Below are positions 12,181 through 25,145 of a DNA stretch of 64,000 bases, piece by piece; position 1 is the first letter of the stretch; every line of letters starts with the position of its first letter. Under the pieces are notes generated by a model. It saw nothing but the letters and a program-made list of their open reading frames with translations. It ran no database searches and was not told the origin of the DNA. The stretch spans positions 310,001 to 374,000 of the forward strand of contig NOWV01000025.1 in the NCBI GenBank assembly GCA_003344405.1, written 5' to 3'. The position numbers were made by a program, and so were the translations under genes. The DNA comes from Trichoplax sp. H2. Taxonomy: Eukaryota.

Positions 12181-13179
12181 CTTGATTATTCATTATTTCA
12201 ACGGTACCTACATGTCGTGATTTCAGCTAATTACAGTAGTTTTGTGTAGGCAATACACTACACTACATTAGACCCCGCTAGTTTATCCCCAATTTCTTGG
12301 TAGACTTGGCCGAAACGATCGCACTGAGAAATGGATGAATTTCCCTATTTTTATTCTATAGAAATGTGAAGTGGTGTATGACATAAGCTTCAGTACAATA
12401 GTTTCAGCCAAGTATTTTAAAAATATTCTATCAACTAGCGTGACAGTACAGCAAACTGCTAACGCGAGTTTCGCTAGTATAGATAAAGACAGTAATCACC
12501 AAAAAGCCAGTTGTAAAATTCGCTTATCCCACGCGTTGTATTATTCGTTCATCGCCATGCAATCGATGATGTACATACTGTGTACTTATGCAGTACTACA
12601 TTGATCGTATTACTGTACCAATACTATGCAACAGCATCGTAGCGTAGACAGTATTTTGCTGTACATCTTGCAATGGACGCTAGTTGGTTAATCCCTAGGG
12701 ATTTTTCAATCATCAATCCCGCCTTGATTGCCGTAGCCGGCGGCACAGCACTTCTTTAGAGCCATATCCATCGATTGACCCAATTCAATATGTTATATAA
12801 TCCAGTACGGACGCGTATGAATTCGATTATTATCGCGAAAGAGTAATATGCAAAAAATCTTTTACAAGACGATACCATATGGTGGTGTAATCGATTGTAG
12901 ATGCGTAGGTACTAGCCAATTGGACTGCCAATTTCATGTCTCACAATATACCCAACTTTTCTCAGATCCATGTCTAATCATAATGTCAAGATAAAGACCT
13001 CAGAAATACCCTCTACGTGTCTATTTTTGGTAACCACACATTGCATACAATCAACCTGGACGAGAACATCTACTCGCCTATATTATCTTGTATAATAGTA
13101 GTGTCCTCCTTACAACCAAGATTGCGCTAGCTTTCAAGGAAGGAGTTGCTGGCGGAAACGGTTATGCTACGCGTATGCG

Positions 13180-13545
13180 CCGTATTATTTTATTCCTTGC
13201 AGACATTGGACTGTAGGGTACTTCAACATTTTGAAAGGATATCAAATCAGTTAAAATCGGCTTTCCATCCAATTTCATCACAACCAATCAGCCACTATCA
13301 ATTTTCCGATATCATAACAATATGCCAGAGAGCCTCTAATCGCGCACTGATATACAACGTAGTGCCCATACGACAAAGATTGCGCTTGATTTCAAATAAG
13401 GGTATATTATACGTCGTATTATTTTATTCCTAACAGGCATTAGACGGTAGGATAATTCAACATTTTAAAGGATATCAAACCAGTTGAAATCAGCCTTCGA
13501 TTGAATTCGTCATAACAAATTAACAATCATTCGATATCATAACAA
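13180..13545. repeat. Diverged direct duplication (~140-bp copies, ~230 bp apart)
   Basis: cgtattattttattcct...ttcaacatttt..aaggatatcaaa...cgatatcataacaatat occurs at ~13181 and ~13415. Confidence 0.8.
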
Positions 13546-14814
13546 TATTTCAAAAATAAATCATCAGGCAATAGAATAAATAAGCAATCTCCTCATCGAT
13601 GATTGTATGGAGCACTGATTGACACTGACAAACTAGCAAGAAAATAAGAATGACCAACATTTATTGCTAACACCGACCGATGAGGACGTGTTATGCAGTA
13701 AACCCAACATTTTCGTCATCCTATTACTACAGTGGCTTAGAAACGCAATTCAAGTTGGTAGAGTATTTAAAATATCATTCACTTTTTGGCCTGAGTCTTC
13801 CGATATCGTGTAAAATAGCAGATGCAATAAATAAATACTGTACTACAACGACGATGTACATAAAGTCTACATTACTATACACGTACAACACTAGTCTACG
13901 CACACACACAGTATACTTTTTGCAGTATGCAGTATAGTCAATGGAGATAAATATAACTGTAATGACTTTCTATTGACGAGCGATACAAAAAGAAATTGAA
14001 ACACATCGTTGTAGTAGCAACTACAAATAAACAACACATATATAACATTCATTTATAAATACCTAAATGGATTGCCTACGTACAACGTCGGCGTAGCTTA
14101 GGCAAAGCTAACTATTAGTAGCAGATATGCAATCATATTACATAAGAAGTAGGTCAATATTCCAAATAAAAAATACACAATCTTTCACTACATTACGAGA
14201 CATAATATAATAGTGTCATCATCATAATGATGTAAGCCTGTACGATAATTTGCGAGTATATTACTACAAGTCTCGAGTTTAACCAATTCAGCAATGAGAC
14301 ACGCTTATAAATACAGTAACCTTTCCTTACAACATCTATATCAGAATTTTACATTTATGGTTGTTAATAATACCTCATCACTTGTTAATGGCTGATTGAC
14401 ATAAAATTCTTATTATTGCAGTATGTTACTGATTACTGGTTGCTACTATCCTATCTCGGTAAAATAGTTCGGATAGTCTGTTATAAAACATTTATCTTCT
14501 ACTGTATATTTGGAAATTGTCTATTTATACACTTTTACAAAATACCTTTCTTTTCCAATGACAGCATTACTTCACAGGACATATTGGTAGAATTACGCGT
14601 AGCAGATTGATGACCGAGACAGTGATAAAAGAATTTTCAACATCACTTGCATGCATAATTCTAACTATTTCAACCACTTTTATCATGAATTAGTCATTAT
14701 CGATACTGTACTTCAACTACAGCGGTAAAAGAAATTTAATCTTTTCTATGGCTATACTACAGATGGCAATCTACAGCTTGTATAGTCTTTGATCGCAATT
14801 TGAAATTGAATCGT

Positions 14815-17800
14815 TCAATTCAAAAACTTTCGACATTTCTTTGAACTACAGTTACACGGTAATTTAATATCTTCTTTCGCAAAGTTATAATCGTATGTCA
14901 GTTCTTCTCCAGGATAGATTCTGCAATATTGTACAATATACTCATCGTCAACGTTACAGACCGAATCTACTATGCTACATACAGCATGATAATATTCTAT
15001 TATAGCGTCTACGTTACCTTCGTAAAGCAAAGATTATGATCTTTTTAATATTGTCAATAGGTACAATTTTGCAATAACAATTAGGATCACAGGAATGATT
15101 AATAAATCTAGCTGCATTGCCACTAAGAGTGGCATCAATGACCTCATCACGATCGATCCTAAACATGTAACAACCTAAACCCTAGGGCAATCATTAAATT
15201 AAAAAGATAGAATTAACGTTCAAGATACAATTATTGTCGAATTAGATTCGTTCAAGACTGATTCTGGCTTGCCTTCCAGATAAAATACTTACTTTGCCTT
15301 CGTAATACTTTTCCTGCTTATCGGTTAAAATTGATCGAATTTTAGTACCAGCATATTCCATAATCATTTCTCCGGCTTCAATAATCCTTTTACAAAACAA
15401 TCCCCGTCCGTGGATATCTGATCTATAAACGCCTACAGTTTCTTTCGCAGTTGCGGCTAAATGACGATATCTCATAGCCATAGGTAGTTCCAAACCAGTT
15501 GCTCGACTATAAGTAAAATACAGTCCAGTCGAATATAAATAATACTATACTACTGGACCAAGATGCACCTAAAGGTCCGATAAAATTTAACATAACTAGT
15601 TATTATACCGTATAGCAAGGGCTTCATCAACAGCTTTACTTGGAACATTGTCAGTTTGTAATTCACTTAATGTCGAAACTTTGCGATATGGTGACATTAA
15701 AAAGCTAAACATATCATAGTGTGATGTACGGCGATACACTTCAGTTCGGATACAACCGCTAGGATTGGGAACAATAACCTTCAATTTGAAAATTATAATT
15801 ATTAGCTAGCATTTTAGTCAAAAGCACCATTGAATAACAAATTCATTCCACAACGATACCATAACCTTTAACATAATGAATAAAACACATTTTAATCTTT
15901 TCTATATGTAGCCTACCTACCTCTGAAAATCGCTGAGCATGAAATTGAAATTCATAATTTTTAAAAGTCACTGGAGCTGATAACTGTTCAATGATAAATT
16001 TGACAGGTTCCTGTGTTAAACAAAAAAATAAATAAATTATAAACATATTTATTAATAACTAACAACATTTGTAGTACAATACACCTTCGACCAACATCAC
16101 ATGAAAATTTTTTTAAAAAGAATTAGCGGAGAATTAACATAGATACGCAAGGAGGTAAAGATTAGACTGGATAATACGCGTATAACCTTAGTTAATCCAA
16201 ACACGTCCAGACCAACGAAATCTACAAGCAAATATTAAAATTTTAATCTGAACAGATCAACGCGCATAAATTGTAAGAATAAAACTACTATAAGATAGAC
16301 AATACCGTCCAAGGCTCTATGACGATCTTTCAATTGTGGGTTAATCTGACAAGCCAGTTTCTTGATTAATTTCCAACCCTTGTTACAGGTATCAGTTTTA
16401 ATGCTGAAACCGTCTGAGCTTTCTAAATGGAATTCTAATGTTGACTTGTACAAGCGCTTCTTCGATTGTTTGGTATTGATTCCCTTTGCTTTCTTATAAG
16501 ATCTACCACAAACTGCACTTTGAGTTGTACTTTCGTTACTACATTGGGCGTCTGAATTATCAGTCATGGACATGTCAGAAGTAGCTTGATTGGACTGTAC
16601 ATCGCTTTGTTTATCAGATTGCTCAGACAATGTGCTATTCAAGTTTAGAGGTACATTGCTATTTAGATTTGAAGCCACACTGTTTAAGTTTGAAGAGGGG
16701 TTACTATTTAAAATGGAAGGCGGACTGCTGATGGCGTAATTTTGATGCTGGACTTGATTAGGCGGTACGTACATATAGGACATTCCAGAATTAACGACGT
16801 AATTTGGTACGTAGTAGTAAAATGTTTCTCCAATCTTGACCAAAGGTGACACTTGCGTATTGATTGGCATAGGACTAGTTGTATGATTATAGTTGTAATT
16901 ACAAGGCCAGTTCAATGGAACATTCCAGTATGCTGCAGTATTCTGGTAGCCTGAAGGGTTTATGTTTGATGCTGAAGGCGTGGACTGGTGATGATATTGC
17001 AACCCACGGTTGCAAGAATCTGAAACGTTAGCTATGGCGTTGTTGTTATTTGTAACTGTACTAAGATTACTGATAACATGCCGATCTTTATTATTAGCGA
17101 TACCGCTAGTACTGCTATAGCTTGTTGTGCCGGACTGAATATGAGATATGGACTGTATACGTACATCACTCGGTGATCCTTGATCTGTTATAGACTTATG
17201 GTCTGATAGCGTATTGTCACAGCTTGTATCATTCGTTGTAATAAACTCATTTTCAGCAGACTGTTCTTCAACTAACTCGTCAACCGGTGAGAAATTTTCA
17301 TGAACGTGGGTATAATGTTCCAATTCTTTATTGTTTTGATTACTTCGAACTGCACGTTTCTTCTTATGAACTGTTAAAGTGTATGTACAAATGGTTCCGG
17401 GATATTTTGTACTCCAAAATGATACAGTAGCTCTAATTCAAGAACAGTTTAGAGATTGAATTAACGTGACTTTAAAATGCTTACTACACTAACGCAAGAA
17501 ATACAAATTACCTATAGTTAACTGGAATTAAAACATTCGTCCAATCGGATAACTCATCTAAACTGCCCAATGATTTTATCTCTAGTGATCCTATAAATTA
17601 ATATATCAAAACATGTATAGCCAAATTTATTACTATTACTCTATAATAAATAATAATTGACCCTGAGTAGTATTAACGGAACAACTTATTATTAAGTTAA
17701 GATCTGTTAATTTACCTATTCTAATAGCTACCGATGAAGGCTCTACACCTTTTTTGACAATTTTCTTAAAACCTTGCAATTTAGTCATGTCAATAGTAAA

Positions 17801-20800
17801 GTGCTTTAACATTACTTGTGATTCGCTTGGACTAATCTGTCAAGATTAAAATTTTCAAAGTTGTCTAGGTGTAAATGCATTTCCCGATAACTTATCGCAA
17901 TATAAATGAATTAGAAGATACTTACAGTATCGCGGTTATTTGCATGCAATTGGCAGAAGACTTTTCTGTCTCTAGTGAAAGCACACCCGTCCTCCCTGAT
18001 AATAACAATATTGATATGATCATTCGTTAGCATGTTAGCGTTAAAAATACCGTTACAGCCTTATTATCGTAATTAACAGCTCAAAATACCGCGCGCATAG
18101 AAAATGATAGTTCCTTGTACATCGAGATTCACAGCATCCAATTGTTGCACCTAGTTCATGGCAAGCATCACATCGCTACAGGCATATTAAAGCGCATCAA
18201 ATTAATAAATAAACAACTATTACCTTCAGTTTGAAAAATATTAAATTAGAATATTACATTACCATTTGTTTTCCGCGTGCACAAGCGATCTGCACATTTA
18301 GCAACTGTCCATCTTGATTTTCATAAACCTAGATAGAAATAGGTAATCGTTATCGATTGCTTTACTTTATTTCGTTGCGAGATCAATTCTTAAGCAAAAT
18401 AGTAAAATGCAAGGATAAAATTGTTATAAACTTATTTACCTCAGCAGACCAAAGGGCACAATTCACATGTACCCATTCATCCAACATATAATATAATAAT
18501 CTTCCTGCATTCTAATTTTTTTTATCAGATTTTTGAAATAGTTTAGAATTGAAATATGTTTATAAGATATTAAAGACAATGTATGGTACAACACATCATG
18601 TATTTGACTAACTTCTCCAGGACCATTTTCAGATTTACAGCATAAACTACATTGGCGTGTATCCTATAAAAATAAAAAAGCCAATTTGCATAGTGATTAA
18701 ATATAGATCAACAATACCGGTAGAAGACAGTTAAGTGATGATTTCTTTCTATGGGACAATCATTAAGTATAATGGCAAACCTTCTGAAGGGGTACTTCTT
18801 TTCGCTCTGTAGGCGGGTTATCGATTACATTGTCGGATTTAGATGTGGTTGCAATTGGTATCATATCAACACTATTGTCAAGATTAGTTTTCGTATCATT
18901 AACTTGCTTTCCTGCCTATTATGTAAGTAAACCCATCAGAAATGCCCTGTCTGCGAACTTATTTATTAATCCAACATACTTGTAAGATTAATATCTCTTT
19001 ATCATCGTTATTCTGATTGCATTCGTAATCGTGTTCCAACATATAAGTGTTCAAATCCTTTTCATGTAATTTTCTGCGATATTATACTTATATTAGTCAC
19101 TAACCCATGTCTGCTCGTTATAGTATATAATTATATTCATATACAATAGCGAAATTGAATGTAACTATTTTACCCTTCGTGGTAAATTTGTTGCATACAT
19201 ATCTGGGGATTTATTACAACATGCCAAGGAAATACATTTGTCATAACCTATAACATAAATTTAAAAAGTGGTTAACTTTTAATATTAGGTTGACCATTGA
19301 AAAGTATTTAAAATTTTTTGTCTTACCATGCGAAAGATATCATAAGTCCTTCTCACATCGTTTTCACTTAGTATATTTGCAATACATGGGTCGCCATGAA
19401 TTTTACTACCGATAGCTCTAGTGATATCGACACAAAAATCGTTCTATATGAATGATGTACAGGATGATATTAGTGCAATATTTTAAAAATCTGCTTTTAT
19501 GCAGTATATTACATAAAAGAGTCAAAATGCAGCATAATAATGGCCATGTCTTGAAACTTTTAATAATTGCTTACTAAATTAGAGTATTTTGTTCCCTTCG
19601 CTTTGGAAAGTATTTTCGTAAAATCTTTCGAAAATATTTCCTGCAACAGGATATGAAAAATAATTTTATTAAGCAATAAAGAAATATTTCATAAAATATA
19701 TTTATACTCTATGATAAACACACAGATACTAGATAATAATCAACTGGCAGATAAAAACCTTGGTTTTCAAATTTTGTTTATCATTCATTTCATGGATCGA
19801 TTGTATCGTAGACAAAACCTATTACGGATATCGGTTTATTTATGACAGTTGCATTCAAATACAATCGCGGTTAGAGTTAATATAAGTTGGCCAAGGTGAT
19901 AGTAATTGAGTTTGATGTCCCTACCTGTAAAATTAATTTATGTAAATGTTCATCAGCAATTCCTTTCCAACTAGGGGCACTTTTCTTAGTACATTGATCG
20001 CATGTGAATTGGTAGTCATCCGGTAAGTTCATTAATACTTCATACTGATTTACTGTTTGAAAGAGATAAAATAATAATCTAAGAATTATGTGACATTATT
20101 AATGATATAAACAAGTATATGTATTAATGTAGTTTTTAAAAACCTGTCATGTCTAGACACTTCGCATGAAACCAACCATCGCAGTTTTTGCAATAAAGAA
20201 TTGATTCGATGCAAGAATCCTTATAAAAGCTTACGTTACACATTTTACAATATTCGCCTCTGTCTCTAAGGATACCGCACAATTGGCATAAAGTAAAATT
20301 ATGCATCCACTGACTTTTCTTCTGAAGGAATAGACATGAAAATATAAACGTAAACAAAAACAACTCGATTATGATTGAAGGCTAACCCTTGTTATAGCGT
20401 AGCTATAAACCAATCCACTGTAAAATTTGCTAGTAATAGAGTTTTACCTTTCCAGCACGAGTAGAGCCACAACTAATGCAGCGTACGCAGTATCTACAAA
20501 CCTAAAAATAAAAACAACATATCACGATGTTATCCTCTTTTGTTTTCAATAAATCATATTTTCTTCTTTCTATATGGTAATATTAATAATTCTATAAAGG
20601 ATATACAATAATTATTCCACGAGTAATCAAATACCCATGTGCCATTTTCGGAAGATTTTCTTTGATAATTAGTTCCAAAGCAAGAAGGGTGATAATACTT
20701 GCAACATTTTGAACATTTAAGTAGCTATTGACAGGAGAGAAAAATATATTAGAATCTTAATTTCAAACACTGACGCTGAAATTTGTCATAAAATATAGCT

Positions 20801-23467
20801 ACGTACATTTTTTCCTCTCTTGCACTCTTCACATACGCGGCACTTTACACAATACCATTGGTTGACATCGCGTACTTTATCGCTTAAGCAGAAAGCATGA
20901 AATGTTTGACAGCAACTACTGCATTGAATAATCTATGTAATTAGATAAGCAAATAGACTCATTGAAAACCATTTGAAAGAAGATATTAGAATATAATAAA
21001 TTCTAATCTCGAAGCAACATTTAAATCACTACAAGTGTATAAGCTATCAAATTATAACTCATACACTGTCTGCCCCACCACTGCCACATAAATAACATAA
21101 AGTATCAGATTGGTCGAATTTGCGATCAGTGTAACAGACAACGTGACCATTTTTTAGCAATCCTTTTCTATCGCTATAGCCTTGCCAAGGGAAGAATATA
21201 CTATCATCGTTTGATCTTGGGTGAACATTCCAAGTATTTACAAGAGTTATTGGCGTTTCGAAGTTTTGCTCATCTTCAGCTAGTAACGAAAATGTTATTG
21301 TAAATCTAGAATCGAAATATTACATTATTAGCAATTAAGCACAAAGTTAGGTTAGCAACTCTACCTTCCGCTTCGCAATTGTTCCCTACAACTGTAGATA
21401 CAGCATTAGCTCTTTCTTCTTGGTTACTTTTGAGTTTTGGGTTAACCTTTTTACTGTTGATGGCGCTGGTTTTAAAGGTCGGATTAGTCTTTCTTAAATC
21501 CAATGTTTGGTCGTTGTCTTCATCTGAGTGACGGTGACAATATTTAATAGAAAAAGTTTGTAATAATTTCAACAACAAATAATATTACGTGCATAAAATC
21601 TACCAATAACTTACCTAATGTTAGCTTCACCTTCTTCCCTATTCCTAAAGTAGTACTTTCAGTAATACGTTCAGTATTTTTGTTGCTGAGCAATGTATCA
21701 GATTTTTTATGGTTAGCATCCCGATATATAATATCTTGTGCTATCGCCAATTGACTATATGTTCTTTTCTTATTTTTACTAGAGCTCTTAGTAGTAGTTA
21801 ATTTATGTTCTTTGGTCCCTTCTGAGTTATTTTTATAACCGATAGGAACGACATCCACTGTATCTTGGGTTGTAATTATGCCATTTAGAAGCACATCATT
21901 TGCTACAATCATTACATATTAGATCAGTATGATGGGTAATATTCATCATGTTACAGCTAACTGATTATTATGTAACTAAAAGTCAACGAACCAGTTTGTG
22001 GTTGAATCGCATGACTCACGTCTTCGTGACAACTAAGATAACTATCACTCGAGCTGCCTCCATCATGATCTAGGTATAAATATCGTATTCCATATACAAT
22101 TAACACTTGTTCGTATGTTGATGATTTACACTAACGTACAGTGTTTATTTCTTTCAAGTTAATATACTGTAGTATAATATTTTGCAATACAATTACAATT
22201 AGTATCCTATAACGAGATTCTTGACCAACATACCTAAATTTTTTATCGAAACTAGCTCAACATAACCTGGCTGATTTATATCGCTGTCTGATAATTTACT
22301 ATAATATTTGATAGAAGAATTAGAATCATTGGATACTATCGGTAAGATAACCATTAAACCCTAAAGCGTAATGAAATTTCTGCAATAAGTAAATAAGTAT
22401 ATTTAATCTACCAATTGGTCTGGGAATCCCAGCTTTCCATATTCAATTTTTCAGAACTAAGTTTCAGGTGATGATCTCCTGCTATTTGTCTCTTTTCATT
22501 AAGTGATTCCAAAGCAATCTATGATTCCAATAGCAATAGAGAAATTATTACATTTAGAGCTTCTACGTTAATAAATAGCGTTCACAATAGCTAAATGTTG
22601 TCCATAAATTTTAAATATTTATAGATTTATTAGCAGTATCGCTGGAATAATGAATTGAAGTACTATATTACCTCGCTCGAAATGTTGTTGCTTGCATTGA
22701 TATCCACCGATGAAGCTAGAGGATAAAATAAGACACAATCAATTATATGTATAAATTATTCCAACGTTTCTACTCTATCAGTTTATTGTATATTAGTATA
22801 TTTGCACACCATATAGTAGTGGAGATCACTAATAGCTTAGAGAATACGATGAATTTGGTCCTCGTTTTACACAAAAAATCACTAAATGGTTGCAGTAAGC
22901 AAATAACTTAGAGGTAATACACCATACAGTTAGGAATCTCGTGTATGACAGAAAATGAAAACTTGTCTACGGCATACTACAGAGAACGTAAAAAATGACG
23001 GAAACAAACATCTGAGGTGGTTATATTAATAGCTGACGAATAGAGTCTATCGTCAATTCCTGGTTGCTATGTTTCACCACAGCTGAAAAAACCTCATAAA
23101 GAGACGCTCCTATGCGATTGATAGTAACGATACCTTGATTAGTTGATTTTTTTTTCGGTCTTTGCAAGCTTTTCAATTTCTGTGTTACTCTAGCAACAGA
23201 ACGCTGAGCTGATTGGCGTTTCAACCGACTACGACTATCGAATTAAATAATTACAAAATCAAGAATGTTGTTTCTACAGCGACCTAGTAAAGCTAAGGTA
23301 TTCAACATGAATATTACGGTAATAAAGGAATTCTATCCAATACGCAGAAATCGCTGCTTGAGTATCTTCTCTACAACAAGATTATGATAATAATCAATTC
23401 TAGTGTAGAATTTATCTACCTATCTTCATTCATCATAACTTCATTGTTCAAGGAAGGAGATGGACAG
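14815..23467 (-). CDS. KMT2A: Trithorax/MLL-type histone H3K4 methyltransferase (multi-exon; 5' end unresolved, may extend toward 24.1-26.4 kb)
   Basis: Domain order: PHD1-3 ([39 protein letters not shown]), extended PHD ([46 protein letters not shown]), FYRN, FYRC ([21 protein letters not shown]), Win-like [12 protein letters not shown] ([52 protein letters not shown]), post-[16 protein letters not shown]. The order and the [10 protein letters not shown] motif indicate the Trx/MLL1-2 subfamily (co-orthologue of KMT2A/KMT2B). Confidence 0.95.
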
Positions 23468-24689
23468 CTATAAATTGAATCCTACAGTTAGCCCCAATAC
23501 CAATTTTCTTCTTTTAAATAAATAATTAAAATATTAATCCGATGAGATAAGAGTCATTATCAACATAGATTCAAAGTTTGTAGATTACTGTGTTAAAGTG
23601 AGCCGTTGTAAGAAAATCTTGAATTATTATTAATTTGAATAGAAAGTAATTAGTATAAAGTTTAATTTTCAGCATTTATACCACATTGATTATAGGTAGT
23701 GATAATCATTTAGAGAAAGATAGTATATTTTGCCAATGGCAATCTAGAATAGTGAAGTGAATCGTAACGAAGGAAATTTATTTCACAACTATAAATATTC
23801 ACTTCCAGTGCAATGTTCATAACTTTGCAGGGTAAAATATAGCATGTATGGCTTTCTATCACTTATGTATGCATAATACTCGTATAGCATTACTCGTATT
23901 TTGATTGTCAGCGAAATTATTTTCCGTAAAGCATACGCATACATAGATTAAAATCTACGTATGTTGATAAGTTCTTGCCAGGAAGTGATGCATCAAAAGG
24001 ATCAATTCCATGTATTTAGAAAATACCAATGTTGTAGCTGATCTCTACAAATTTCCATGCTTACTTATCCTTATGTGATTGACAGCTTTGATCGACGTGT
24101 TTGCCTATATTCTACACATGTTTGTTAAGTACAAGGAGGCCAGCTACAGTACTGGATACAATTTCTATTCTACAAAGAACCGTTTGGTTTAGTATGGAGA
24201 TATGGCGAATAGAATGAATCAATTTGTTAACGAGGCAAGGCGAATACTTTTTCAAGCTACTGGATGTGAATTTCCATATTCTAAGTAAACAAAACTAGTT
24301 TAGAATAGTATCGCAGGTTGGCCTGGCTAAGAATAGCAGGTGTCCAGGTTATGTCCTCAAACGGTAGGTTTAGTTTTGAAGCTGCCGCTTTTCCATCAAA
24401 AAAGGGTAGAGTTTCTAGCTCTGACAAGCTAAAATAAAACTATTTGAACAACCACAGACATCCCGTATTTTTCTTAGAAGCTCTAGCCATTTAATGATTC
24501 GGGGATTAGAAAGTGATGAATGTTCAAATGAGCTACATCAAAGGAATATTCTATTTTACATTACACAGTATGCTTGCATAGTTGCAATGCAATCCGATTG
24601 TCACAGGCGTCTATTGCTGCGAGCTACTGAAAAATAATTTATTTCCCTTTTTCAAGGATATAACCAAGGCAACATTGAATGAAAGGCCA

Positions 24690-25145
24690 TCAGACTAGTA
24701 CCATTTTGTCGATTTATGGCAGAAAGATTAGGTATAGGTACGATAGGTTAGATATCCATAATTTAATATACTAAATTGTTTACTGTAATTAGGCTACGTT
24801 GCATTCCAATCATGCCAAAGGTCTCAGACTAGTACCATTTTGTCAATTTAATTTCAGAAAAGTTAGCTGTAAGATAGCTTAGATGTCCACAATTTAATTA
24901 GCTAGGCTACGTTGCATTCCAGCCATGTTCTAGGCCATTGGACTCGTACCATTTTGTCGATTTTCAGAAAAATTAGGTATAGGATAGGTTAGATATCCAC
25001 AATTGAATGAGCTAGGCTACGTTTGCATACGTTGCATATCAGTTATGTTAAAGGCTTCAGACTAGTATTATCTTGTTGATTTTCAGAAAAATCAGGTATA
25101 GGATAGTCTAGATATCCACAATTGAATGAGCTAGGCTACTTTGCA
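24690..25145. repeat. Degenerate tandem repeat, ~115-135 bp unit, 4 copies
   Basis: Repeating gactagtaccattttgtc...cagaaaa...tagatatccacaatt...taggctacgttgcat. Confidence 0.85.

Noticed and set aside
23021..23131. C-terminal half of ORF 23021-23224 as a possible winged-helix-like domain
   Set aside because: A donor (CAAG|gtatcg) at ~23132 joins in phase to the next MLL exon, so the remainder is intron read-through.
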